A stretch of DNA of 64,000 nucleotides. Origin: a virus (lineage: Duplodnaviria; Heunggongvirae; Uroviricota; Caudoviricetes). This document shows, in pieces, positions 1-8,083 of this stretch; positions within the stretch are counted from its first letter, which is position 1, and each line of letters opens with the position of its first letter. The notes under the pieces were generated by a model. It saw only the letters and a program-made list of their open reading frames with translations, was not told the DNA's origin and ran no database searches. A program made the translations under genes and the position numbers. Where the stretch lies: IMG/VR virus record IMGVR_UViG_3300033067_001111, positions 1-64,000 of that record; one strand, 5' to 3'.

Positions 1-362
1 TCGTTAAACAGCTTGTAGCTTGCGGGCAGGTGAGTAATTAGCTTTCCGTGCTCGGTCTTGATCCATTTAATCTGGCTGAGGCCAGTAGACAACTCCTCCA
101 CAACCTCCTGGTAATCAAGGATTTTGCCCAGATCGTGGAACATCACTGCTACACAAAATTCCAGGATTTCCAGGTTAGAGACCTTGCATGTATCTAACAT
201 AGCAAGTCCTGTATACAGGACCTGAGCAGTATGCACAAGTAGCCCGCCCTGGTATACATGATGCTTTGACGTACTGGCCGGGCACCGAATAAATTGTGGA
301 TATGTCAGGGGCTTCAAGTACATTTCAGCAAGTACTGACCGTAGTTCAAGATCTGAGATCAT
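1..362 (-). CDS. HD-domain phosphohydrolase, N-terminal part (gene runs off the window start)
   Basis: Minus-strand ORF from the ATG at 362-360 has no stop before position 1, so it is absent from the ORF track. Translation MISDLELRSVLAEMYLKPLTYPQFIRCPASTSKHHVYQGGLLVHTAQVL...AVMFHDLGK carries H..H and HD metal-binding motifs. Confidence 0.5.
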   Translation of the reverse strand, partial: MISDLELRSVLAEMYLKPLTYPQFIRCPASTSKHHVYQGGLLVHTAQVLYTGLAMLDTCKVSNLEILEFCVAVMFHDLGKILDYQEVVEELSTGLSQIKWIKTEHGKLITHLPASYKLFN

Positions 363-455
363 AGTCTCTGCAATCTGCTGAAAAACTGTGTGCGTTATAT
401 AGATGTAGGCTGCAGGCACATCGCAAATCTTATGGTTGTTCACAGTTAACTTACC

Positions 456-665
456 TCACCAATAGCATCGTCGGCCGCACTTCGTGCACTCTTGGTATAC
501 GCCGTCCTCATCAGAACCCCAAATATCTTTGTGTCGATTAAGGCGGCATCCATCAATCTGAAGTGTTCGGATTAAAAACCAGACACATTTCTCACGTACA
601 CGACAATAGGCGTCCCAAATATAGAGTAGAACCCAGGCGCAGAGTTTGACAACTGTACGTAACAA
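456..665 (-). CDS. small Cys-rich hypothetical protein
   Basis: 69-aa ORF with CxxC pairs (CTKCGRRC). No recognisable domain. Confidence 0.25.
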   Translation of the reverse strand: MLRTVVKLCAWVLLYIWDAYCRVREKCVWFLIRTLQIDGCRLNRHKDIWGSDEDGVYQECTKCGRRCYW

Positions 666-714
666 AATTTCGGTAGTCTCCTCTATACTCTATAACTGGT
701 ATTGTATCTGAAAA

Positions 715-1563
715 TCAGAACTCGTAATCGGGTCCCACATCAAATACAAACAAGCCCAGTGCCGACCAAGCGCGAATTACTCGCTTTCTGTCGTCAAAGA
801 CGCCAAGTACTTTGTACTTTGGCCGAATTTTCTCCACATACAACTCGGTTTTCACCACGTCGTCTGCACTCTGGTCAGACCAGTGTCGAAAATGGATTTC
901 GGTGAAAGGAATTTCGTGCTCCATCAACCACAGGATGGTCTGCTCCTTGCACAGTTCAGAACCCTTCCGTGCAGAACACACAATAATGGGGTACTGCAAG
1001 TACAGAGCCTGAAGTACGCGGACCACAGGAATGATGGGCTTATCTCCCAAATATTTTTCTTCGTACGGACCACGATCACCGCGCGCAGCAAGTGTACCGT
1101 CCACGTCAAAGATAAAGGCTTCTGGCAGGTCTGCATCCGCCAACGGGTCGCCCATGAACGATACGTTTCGCATCCATTTGCCAGCCATTTCCCTAATAAC
1201 GTCGGGATCTACACGCTCAGTAGCTGGACGCTTATCATTGCGTTCCAAACAGATATGGAGGGGCACATCACGAAGATCAATAGCCACGAGCTCAGCCTTG
1301 AACCTTTTGGCCATGGTCGCAAACCGCTTTACATGAATGGGGTTGAAGTTTGTGTCATCCACAACCACACTGCGGTTCTTGCCCAATGCCTCTTCAATCA
1401 ATCGTGTACTTTCATCGTACACAGCGCCCTCATCCCACTTAGGATTGCGGCGGCGGATGGTGTCCTTATTCACACGCACCACACCCTTGGCCTCAAGTTC
1501 CTTGGCCGTAGTGGTTTTGCCCGAACCCGGCAAACCCAGTGTGTAGAATAATGTCAGGTTCAT
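715..1563 (-). CDS. pnk: polynucleotide 5'-kinase / 3'-phosphatase (T4 Pnk-like)
   Basis: N-terminal Walker A GLPGSGKTT followed by a C-terminal HAD-type motif I FIFDVDGTLA. Kinase-N / phosphatase-C order and ~280 aa size match T4 PseT/Pnk. Confidence 0.75.
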   Translation of the reverse strand: MNLTLFYTLGLPGSGKTTTAKELEAKGVVRVNKDTIRRRNPKWDEGAVYDESTRLIEEALGKNRSVVVDDTNFNPIHVKRFATMAKRFKAELVAIDLRDVPLHICLERNDKRPATERVDPDVIREMAGKWMRNVSFMGDPLADADLPEAFIFDVDGTLAARGDRGPYEEKYLGDKPIIPVVRVLQALYLQYPIIVCSARKGSELCKEQTILWLMEHEIPFTEIHFRHWSDQSADDVVKTELYVEKIRPKYKVLGVFDDRKRVIRAWSALGLFVFDVGPDYEF

Positions 1564-2102
1564 AGTTTCTCCGTAATCAACTGACGTACATCGTGGTTTT
1601 CGCGCAGCATGTTCAACGCTAATCTCTCTCGTCTGTAGAAGGTAGATTTGGCAATGCCCAGAGCACTCATGATTTCCGTAACCTCATACTCCTGTATAAA
1701 GCGACGGGTTAGTAGATCGCTGTCATCAGGTCCCAAGTACGATAACAGTTTATCAACCACCAAATCTGAGTCAGATGATTCTTGGGGGGTAATGCACGTT
1801 ATGCCAGCTTCTGGCAAGCTGTCAAAGTCAACAAATGCCTGAAGGCTGCAGGAGCTGGCTAAGTTAGCACGTCTTTTGTACAAATTTGCTTGATCAAAGA
1901 TTCTGTGTTTGAGAACCAGGCACATGAGAGACAGAAACTTCTCACCTACGTGCACGTCAGGGTTCCAAGATTTAAAACCCGGGAGAAATGTTGACATCAC
2001 CAGGTCATCAGCATCCAGGTCGGGAGCGCATTTCTTTGCCCGACTGGTTAACAGCGGAATACAGCGTTCAAAGTACGTGGAGAACTTCTCAATAGTCTTC
2101 AT
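1560..2102 (-). CDS. sigma-70 region-4-like HTH regulator (possible phage sigma factor)
   Basis: C-terminal EYEVTEIMSALGIAKSTFYRRERLALNMLRE resembles sigma region 4.2 helix-turn-helix. 4-nt overlap with the pnk start. Confidence 0.4.
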   Translation of the reverse strand: MKTIEKFSTYFERCIPLLTSRAKKCAPDLDADDLVMSTFLPGFKSWNPDVHVGEKFLSLMCLVLKHRIFDQANLYKRRANLASSCSLQAFVDFDSLPEAGITCITPQESSDSDLVVDKLLSYLGPDDSDLLTRRFIQEYEVTEIMSALGIAKSTFYRRERLALNMLRENHDVRQLITEKL

Positions 2103-2902
2103 CTTACAACTCTGAATCGCAAGAGACTAACATTATCTCCTGGCGCTCTTTTCTCATCTGTTATCTGGGGGATAAACGGAGCCCATTCCTTTTTCGGGTC
2201 CAGAGTCTCTGGTTCGTACAGAGAATCACGAAGTGCGGTGCGAACTTGCTGGGGATTTAATTTCCCAGTAAACAATCCGTCTGATCCCACAGCACCGCCC
2301 TCAATACTGGACAATGGCAAGAAATCAAATGAGGGGACGCTACAAGCAGCTGCACCCAGAAAATGATCACCAACAGTTCGCCCAAGATTAATGCCCCAAT
2401 CATGCTGGTCATTGCCCTGATAATACGTACCGCCAATCTTGACGATAGTACCACCATTATGCTCTACTTCCTCACGCATTTCAGGCTGATCCAGATTGTG
2501 GCCCAAGTACTCTTTGACCTCAGCGTCCACCGTAACCAAGTAGATTGGGCTGTCACCCACCTGAATGGTATAAACTCTGTCCAGTTCCCAATCCAGGATA
2601 ATAGCGCTGAACGTAGTACCTGAAAACTCACTGGTGCACGCACGAGCTGCGCGACCAAAGGCTTTTCCCAGGTTGTATACAGCTGCTTCCCAAGAACGGT
2701 AACCATCTACTGGATACAGTAGACGTAGGTGGGTCACAAAGTCCTGAAGCAATTGGGCGGATACTTCGTGTCCGTGTTCTCCATGACCGTCAGCCACAGC
2801 CAACACATCACACATCTCAGTGATACTAGTGTCCAGTACACTGTCCTGTTGGACGTCGCGCCGACCCAAAATCTGCTCTGCTCTGTACTTAATCTGTGCC
2901 AT
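2099..2902 (-). CDS. PP2C-family Ser/Thr protein phosphatase
   Basis: PP2C motifs in order: VADGHGEHG (DGHGG-like), GTTFS, QVGDSPIYL (GDSR-like), GSDGLF (SDGLWD-like). Confidence 0.7.
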   Translation of the reverse strand: MAQIKYRAEQILGRRDVQQDSVLDTSITEMCDVLAVADGHGEHGHEVSAQLLQDFVTHLRLLYPVDGYRSWEAAVYNLGKAFGRAARACTSEFSGTTFSAIILDWELDRVYTIQVGDSPIYLVTVDAEVKEYLGHNLDQPEMREEVEHNGGTIVKIGGTYYQGNDQHDWGINLGRTVGDHFLGAAACSVPSFDFLPLSSIEGGAVGSDGLFTGKLNPQQVRTALRDSLYEPETLDPKKEWAPFIPQITDEKRAPGDNVSLLRFRVVR

Positions 2903-3777
2903 CAGTTTTCCACTCGGGGTTTTAAGTATCCAAATTGTGCTATGGCATTAGCCTCTTGCTTGTAGTACTCTCTGTTTTGGGGATAGGCTGTACCCAAGCT
3001 CTCCACCATCCGATTAAACATGCAGATGGCAGACACCAGCAAGCAAATCTTTTGCACTACCTTCAACGGCATACCATCATCCAACAACGGCATGATATCA
3101 GTCTGGGTGCATATAGTTCGCGGCGAAATTCGAACTCTTTCCGCCAAGGCAAATACCATATCCCATTTACTGGGTGGCATATAGTGGCTAAAGCGATCAG
3201 CAACGCGAAATCTCTGTACAATAGGCTCGCACTCAGCATTAAGCCTAATGGCTACAGCCTTATGCAGTTCAGTGCAGAACTCACACCCATTGCGCATTGA
3301 TACGTAGGCTGCAATCATTTCCCGTACCCATCTTGGGAAATCAGGGTCCTCTTCAGCCAAAAGCTGTTGGTGAAGAGTTCTGTACACTGGTGCGTAGTCC
3401 GGAAAGCATGAATAGATCTGGGAAGTACCTGGCGTAGTAGTAAACCCCCCTAACTTAAATCGGCGTTCCAATCGGCCACGGAGTTCGGCCAAAGTCACCA
3501 TGCTGCTGGAGCGCTCAGACTCCATGGACTCCAAATGATTCCACAGATAGTTAATGAGCGTATAGCACTTTGCGGGATTCAAACGAACCATGTCGCCAAA
3601 GGGTTCTTTACCCCGCAACAGAGTCCAGATCAGTTTCCACCGAGACTTCCAGTTGAAAGTAGTATTGGTGTGGCCACGATTCCAAAAACTGAGTTCCGCA
3701 GCTGGGTGCTCTTCGTCAAAGTACACGCTTATAGCGTGTGAGTGGCAATCACATTCAAAGTACTGTTCAGTATTCAT
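2902..3777 (-). CDS. protein with C-terminal AhpD/carboxymuconolactone-decarboxylase-like domain
   Basis: VSMRNGCEFCTELHKAVA matches the CMD/AhpD CxxC...H signature. N-terminal half unassigned. Confidence 0.45.
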   Translation of the reverse strand: MNTEQYFECDCHSHAISVYFDEEHPAAELSFWNRGHTNTTFNWKSRWKLIWTLLRGKEPFGDMVRLNPAKCYTLINYLWNHLESMESERSSSMVTLAELRGRLERRFKLGGFTTTPGTSQIYSCFPDYAPVYRTLHQQLLAEEDPDFPRWVREMIAAYVSMRNGCEFCTELHKAVAIRLNAECEPIVQRFRVADRFSHYMPPSKWDMVFALAERVRISPRTICTQTDIMPLLDDGMPLKVVQKICLLVSAICMFNRMVESLGTAYPQNREYYKQEANAIAQFGYLKPRVEN

Positions 3778-3830
3778 AGTGCTTGATGTTGGGGACTTTG
3801 TACGTCCCCAACATCCTCCGAACTCCGCGC

Positions 3831-4205
3831 TTATTCAGCAGGAGTCTTGTCGGTAGCGGTATCAGGCACGTCCGCCGTGTCCGTCACCACCTCTTCAGCC
3901 GCATCCTTCATCGCCGCCTCAATCTGGCGTTCAAGTTCACCCATCTTCTTCAAGTACTCGTCTTCTGCCTTCTTGATAGCAGCGAGTGCCTGATTCTTGG
4001 CCTTCAAGAACTGCTCAGTTAAATCGATGGAGTCGTTGACCAGTTTCTCGGCCATAGCCCTGGCCTCTTCCTGACGCTTTGCCATCACGGCTTCGCGCGC
4101 GGCCTTGATCAGATTGCCTGTGGGGCGGGGTTTGGCCAAGGGGTTAAACCCTATGTCGGCGATGACCTTCTGTGCTAACGCACTTGCTTTTTCGTTTTCT
4201 GCCAT
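3831..4205 (-). CDS. hypothetical alpha-helical/coiled-coil protein
   Basis: 124-aa ORF rich in A/E/K heptad-like repeats. RBS-compatible spacing after the previous gene. Confidence 0.35.
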   Translation of the reverse strand: MAENEKASALAQKVIADIGFNPLAKPRPTGNLIKAAREAVMAKRQEEARAMAEKLVNDSIDLTEQFLKAKNQALAAIKKAEDEYLKKMGELERQIEAAMKDAAEEVVTDTADVPDTATDKTPAE

Positions 4206-4793
4206 TTATATCTCCTGAAATTCAGTGTAATCCACTGAACTGTCTTTGGCCTGGGCCAAAAAATGTTTTAGCTCACTTCCCATCTTCCCCAGAGCACTGT
4301 TAACTTCTTGCATTGAACGCAGTGCAGCATTAATTCCAGGTATAGATGGGGGATCCTGGTATTCGCTTAGGTACTTGGATGCCAAGGGCTTCAAGTTTGA
4401 TTTTGGATAATCATCTGGATCTGGCTGGTATGCAACCAATGGAACTGAACAGTTACATGCCACTCCATAAAGCTTCAGTTCATCAATCAACGAACTTTGT
4501 TTGCCTGCAAACAGGTAGGCATCGCCCAACCCCACTGCTGAACGAAATTCTGGTGGCGGACTATACCAATTAAAGTTTCTGTACACAGGAGGCAATGCTT
4601 TGATTTCAGGCCATGCCTTATAGTGCCGGAGTTTGGTCAGAAAAATACCACGCAGTGCTTTTGCTGACCTACTACGATCACGAGTATAGTAACCCTTGTT
4701 CTGCTCGTGATGCTGCAAAATGGCTGAGACCATAGCTTCCTGGACAATAAGTTCCAGGTTATTCAAGCCAAATGCAGGTTTCAGGTGTTCCAT
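4206..4793 (-). CDS. hypothetical protein
   Basis: 195-aa ORF abutting the NAMPT stop (ATGA overlap at 4793). No motif recognised. Confidence 0.4.
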   Translation of the reverse strand: MEHLKPAFGLNNLELIVQEAMVSAILQHHEQNKGYYTRDRSRSAKALRGIFLTKLRHYKAWPEIKALPPVYRNFNWYSPPPEFRSAVGLGDAYLFAGKQSSLIDELKLYGVACNCSVPLVAYQPDPDDYPKSNLKPLASKYLSEYQDPPSIPGINAALRSMQEVNSALGKMGSELKHFLAQAKDSSVDYTEFQEI

Positions 4794-6232
4794 CAGATTG
4801 CCGTGCGCGCACGAATTTGTGCCAGTGATTGATCAACCAGCAGCTTGCCGTTCTCAAACACTGTAGTTAGCAAATTACCTGTAGGATCTAGTCCCAAGTC
4901 CTTGCATTCAGACAAACTGTACGTGCGGATGGTGGGTGTCAAGCCATCAACAGGCAACACAACTAGTTGTCCACGCTTGCTGTCCTTGGTATGATCAGAA
5001 GATGGTCGTTTGTAGACGTCGCGTGGATTGTCATTGACCTGAGCCCAGCATGCTTTGAACGCAAAGCGCTGAGTATCTCTGTCAACTTTCTGCAACAATC
5101 CCCCACCTGAACCCACAGCCACATTTGACGCGCACCAGCCAGCGTTGATCACAGCACGATACAGTTCGTCAATGGTGTCAAACGTCATGCCATCGCCATA
5201 GATAATGCCGACCTTAGGGTTTAGCTCCTTGTAACCAGCAGCATTGTACGACCAGCCAAAGACCTCGCCCAACCACTCAAGAACTTGGACAACCATCTTC
5301 CGGGGATCTCCACTGTCTGGACGGAATACCAGCTTACCTTCTCGCGCCAGAATCTGATCGCGGAACTTGGCTGCATACACCATGATGTAGCGTTGTGGGT
5401 CATAACTGTCAATGACGTTTGCCACGATTCCCTGAGGATACATACGCAGCAGGTTCTCTAGGAAGTCAACTTCGTGGTCTTCACCCCAGGTGGTAACCGT
5501 AGAGTGTTCTGAAGCCGGAATGCTACCACTGACCAAGCCCCTTGCCTGATAGAAGTTACACAGCATGAGGTCGCCAGCAACCGTATCGCTCCCAAAGAAG
5601 TTCAACAGGTGTGCAGCAGCCCCCAAGCGCGCAGTTTCCTCGCTCGACACACCGCGGTAACCGAAATCGTGCAGCATCCAGTTGATGAAATCCATGTTCC
5701 CGCCCGAGTGCTTAACCCAGCGCGTAATAATCTTCTTGATCTCACGGCTTTGGGTGGCAACGGTCGTCGGGTACCAAACCTTGCTCAAAAGAGTTTCTGC
5801 CCCGTAGTTTACGATCTCAGCAAATTCCGGATCCGTGTTCTCCACCACCAGCATGGCACAGCCCTGGGGAACTACTGTACCCTCGGGCAGTGCACGAATG
5901 CGCAGAGGCAAATGGCCTTCCCACTTCTCCATCGTGCGCTTCCAGCCCTCGTAGTTGAAGACCTTGTCCGTACCAAAGTACCCAGTCCAGAATTCTCGGG
6001 CTTGTTCCAGACGCTGCGGGGTCAAAACCGGACCACACATATAGCGCTTCAGATAATACTGCAGGCCAAAAAACACGCTGAAGTCAAACATAGCCCCTGC
6101 CCGGCTCTCAAAGTAAGACTGCATATACTGCATCTTTGGCGGGTACATCAGGCCATGACTGGGTTTATACCCGTCAGTCATCAACAAGGGATTTGTCTCA
6201 TCCCACAACAGTTCTTGAGTTAAGTTGTTCAT
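4793..6232 (-). CDS. nadV: nicotinamide phosphoribosyltransferase (NAMPT/NadV)
   Basis: 479 aa. HDFGYRGVSSEETARLGAAAHLLNFFGSDTVAG matches the conserved NAMPT core (FGYRGVSS...GTDTVAG) almost exactly. Confidence 0.8.
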   Translation of the reverse strand: MNNLTQELLWDETNPLLMTDGYKPSHGLMYPPKMQYMQSYFESRAGAMFDFSVFFGLQYYLKRYMCGPVLTPQRLEQAREFWTGYFGTDKVFNYEGWKRTMEKWEGHLPLRIRALPEGTVVPQGCAMLVVENTDPEFAEIVNYGAETLLSKVWYPTTVATQSREIKKIITRWVKHSGGNMDFINWMLHDFGYRGVSSEETARLGAAAHLLNFFGSDTVAGDLMLCNFYQARGLVSGSIPASEHSTVTTWGEDHEVDFLENLLRMYPQGIVANVIDSYDPQRYIMVYAAKFRDQILAREGKLVFRPDSGDPRKMVVQVLEWLGEVFGWSYNAAGYKELNPKVGIIYGDGMTFDTIDELYRAVINAGWCASNVAVGSGGGLLQKVDRDTQRFAFKACWAQVNDNPRDVYKRPSSDHTKDSKRGQLVVLPVDGLTPTIRTYSLSECKDLGLDPTGNLLTTVFENGKLLVDQSLAQIRARTAI

Positions 6233-6243
6233 ATTGTTATTTC

Positions 6244-6753
6244 CTACTGACTGAATTGGGCAAGACCATGAACACGGTGAATAGCTGGGTACCGATATTT
6301 TAGGTGTTCGTTGAGAACTTCTCCCAACTCCTGGTGATGATCGGGTAAAGCCACACGACCTTCTCCCACACTAAACCACTGGAGATCTACCAAGTCGTCT
6401 TGTGCTGCCATGAGGGGTGCGTTACCATCCCCCCACCGAACGTGGACAACATACAGATGAGTAAACACCTTGTCCGGGATATCATCATACCGGGGGTCGG
6501 GTACATTGAAACACCCGAGGTATTCAAATGCGGTGTGCCGTATTTGAAGGCCAGTCTCTTCCCTCAGCTCACGAACCGCCGCATCCAGCGGACAGTAATC
6601 TTTTAACGGATCCAGAAACCCGCCAGGAATATGCCAGCAGCCAACAGCACGGTCTATTTCTCGCTTCAAGCCCAGAAGAATACGGTCTGTGTCCGTACAA
6701 TGGACTACAACATCTACAGTAGTATCCACACGCGGACCTTGGTATCTATCCAT
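6244..6753 (-). CDS. Nudix hydrolase (ADP-ribose / NAD-related pyrophosphatase type)
   Basis: Nudix box GGFLDPLKDYCPLDAAVRELREETGL (Gx5Ex7REUxEExGU). Sits between the NMNAT and NAMPT genes. Confidence 0.65.
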   Translation of the reverse strand: MDRYQGPRVDTTVDVVVHCTDTDRILLGLKREIDRAVGCWHIPGGFLDPLKDYCPLDAAVRELREETGLQIRHTAFEYLGCFNVPDPRYDDIPDKVFTHLYVVHVRWGDGNAPLMAAQDDLVDLQWFSVGEGRVALPDHHQELGEVLNEHLKYRYPAIHRVHGLAQFSQ

Positions 6754-6767
6754 AATGGTTGTTTGTC

Positions 6768-7430
6768 CTATGCCTGGCGCAGGGCTGTGGATGAAAGATC
6801 AGACAGATGTTTAGGAATTTGGATCTCACCAATGCAGAAGTTCTTCGGCCAGACTCTCTTAAACTCTTGCTTGTTACTAAAAACCAGTTCAGCACCCGCC
6901 CGCTGCCACACACGGAAATTGGCACGGTACTGTTCAATCTCAGCCCGTGTATGGTCTTCAAGTATGCGTCGGGCTGTGTCCGAACCCACCTGGAATTCAA
7001 TATTTTCCCGCCAATCAAAGACTTGCAGGGCTTCAATCTTCTGATGGAAGAACTGTGCGTTGGTCAACAGCACGGGGCCCGTAAACTGCTCATACCGATT
7101 ACGTACATCCTCGTACGTCAGAGGTTCTTTACCCCGGGGATTAACACTCATCTCCCAGATTACTGGTGCTTGTGGCCAGAATCCGCCTTCCATTTCCCAG
7201 GCTGATGCCATGGCTGCACGGTAGATTGCAATGTGTCCACGGTGCAAAGGATTCCAGCTACCAGGGTACACCAGCACATGAGAGTTCAATGGCCACAGAA
7301 TCCGAACAGCTGTCTCCAGCCCAGTTATGAGAACAGCTGTTGGCTGGGTTTTAGCCAACAGCTGTTCATACACCTCTTCCAGCATAGAAATTCCGCGCCA
7401 TGATCTGCGTTCTGCTAGTTGCTCGCTCAT
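6768..7430 (-). CDS. nicotinamide-nucleotide adenylyltransferase (NMNAT, HxGH nucleotidyltransferase)
   Basis: GSWNPLHRGH is an HxGH motif of the NadM/NadR-type cytidylyltransferase fold. Directly upstream of the Nudix and NAMPT genes. The true start may be an internal Met (MLEEVY...). Confidence 0.65.
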   Translation of the reverse strand: MSEQLAERRSWRGISMLEEVYEQLLAKTQPTAVLITGLETAVRILWPLNSHVLVYPGSWNPLHRGHIAIYRAAMASAWEMEGGFWPQAPVIWEMSVNPRGKEPLTYEDVRNRYEQFTGPVLLTNAQFFHQKIEALQVFDWRENIEFQVGSDTARRILEDHTRAEIEQYRANFRVWQRAGAELVFSNKQEFKRVWPKNFCIGEIQIPKHLSDLSSTALRQA

Positions 7431-8083
7431 TTCCCGATCATTCCCTGAACTTGGTCAAAGTACTCGTTAGGAATCCAGTTTTTGACCAGCTGTTGAAGGT
7501 CTCCTAGATCACCTCCAGGGTTATGAGCCATGCCCAAAGCTACAGTGGCGATTACTAGCTCCTGTGCCAGACGCCAAGCTTGATGTTGTTCGACTGTAGC
7601 TTCCTGATATTCTTCTTCGCTGTGTTTTCGGAAGCTAATGTGCACATCAAAGCGGCTGCGACGTGGAGAAGTCAGATCATTCTGTCCGGCCCATCGAATC
7701 CATGCGTGATCTTCTCCACGTCGCCACCTGTTAGTAGTAACTGCTGCAGTTACTAGTAAGAAGTTGAGAGGAGGATCATTTGAATCAAAGTCCATAACTG
7801 GATCAGATTCTTCCCAATTCGTAAACTCTGGAAAAGATTCTTCCAGCCACTCTAAACTCACGGCAGGAGGAATATCTTTGCAATTTGTCCTACCCTGTAG
7901 TAGATCAGAATACTGCTGAGCAGCGCCAGCATACAACTTGCTACAGCCAGGAATCAACGGCAAACTGGTAAGAAATGTACCCCCACCCAACAGGCACAAG
8001 AACAAGGGCGGACCCTGGTAGATGTTAACGAAGTTTGTTAACATCTCCAGGGCGTCTGACATAACCTGACCAGATGTCTTCAT
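7427..8083 (-). CDS. hypothetical protein, first gene of the NAD-salvage operon (weak macro-like GGG motif)
   Basis: 218 aa. NFVNIYQGPPLFLCLLGGGTFL loosely recalls the macro-domain VNAAN...GGGV segment. Low confidence. Confidence 0.3.
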   Translation of the reverse strand: MKTSGQVMSDALEMLTNFVNIYQGPPLFLCLLGGGTFLTSLPLIPGCSKLYAGAAQQYSDLLQGRTNCKDIPPAVSLEWLEESFPEFTNWEESDPVMDFDSNDPPLNFLLVTAAVTTNRWRRGEDHAWIRWAGQNDLTSPRRSRFDVHISFRKHSEEEYQEATVEQHQAWRLAQELVIATVALGMAHNPGGDLGDLQQLVKNWIPNEYFDQVQGMIGK

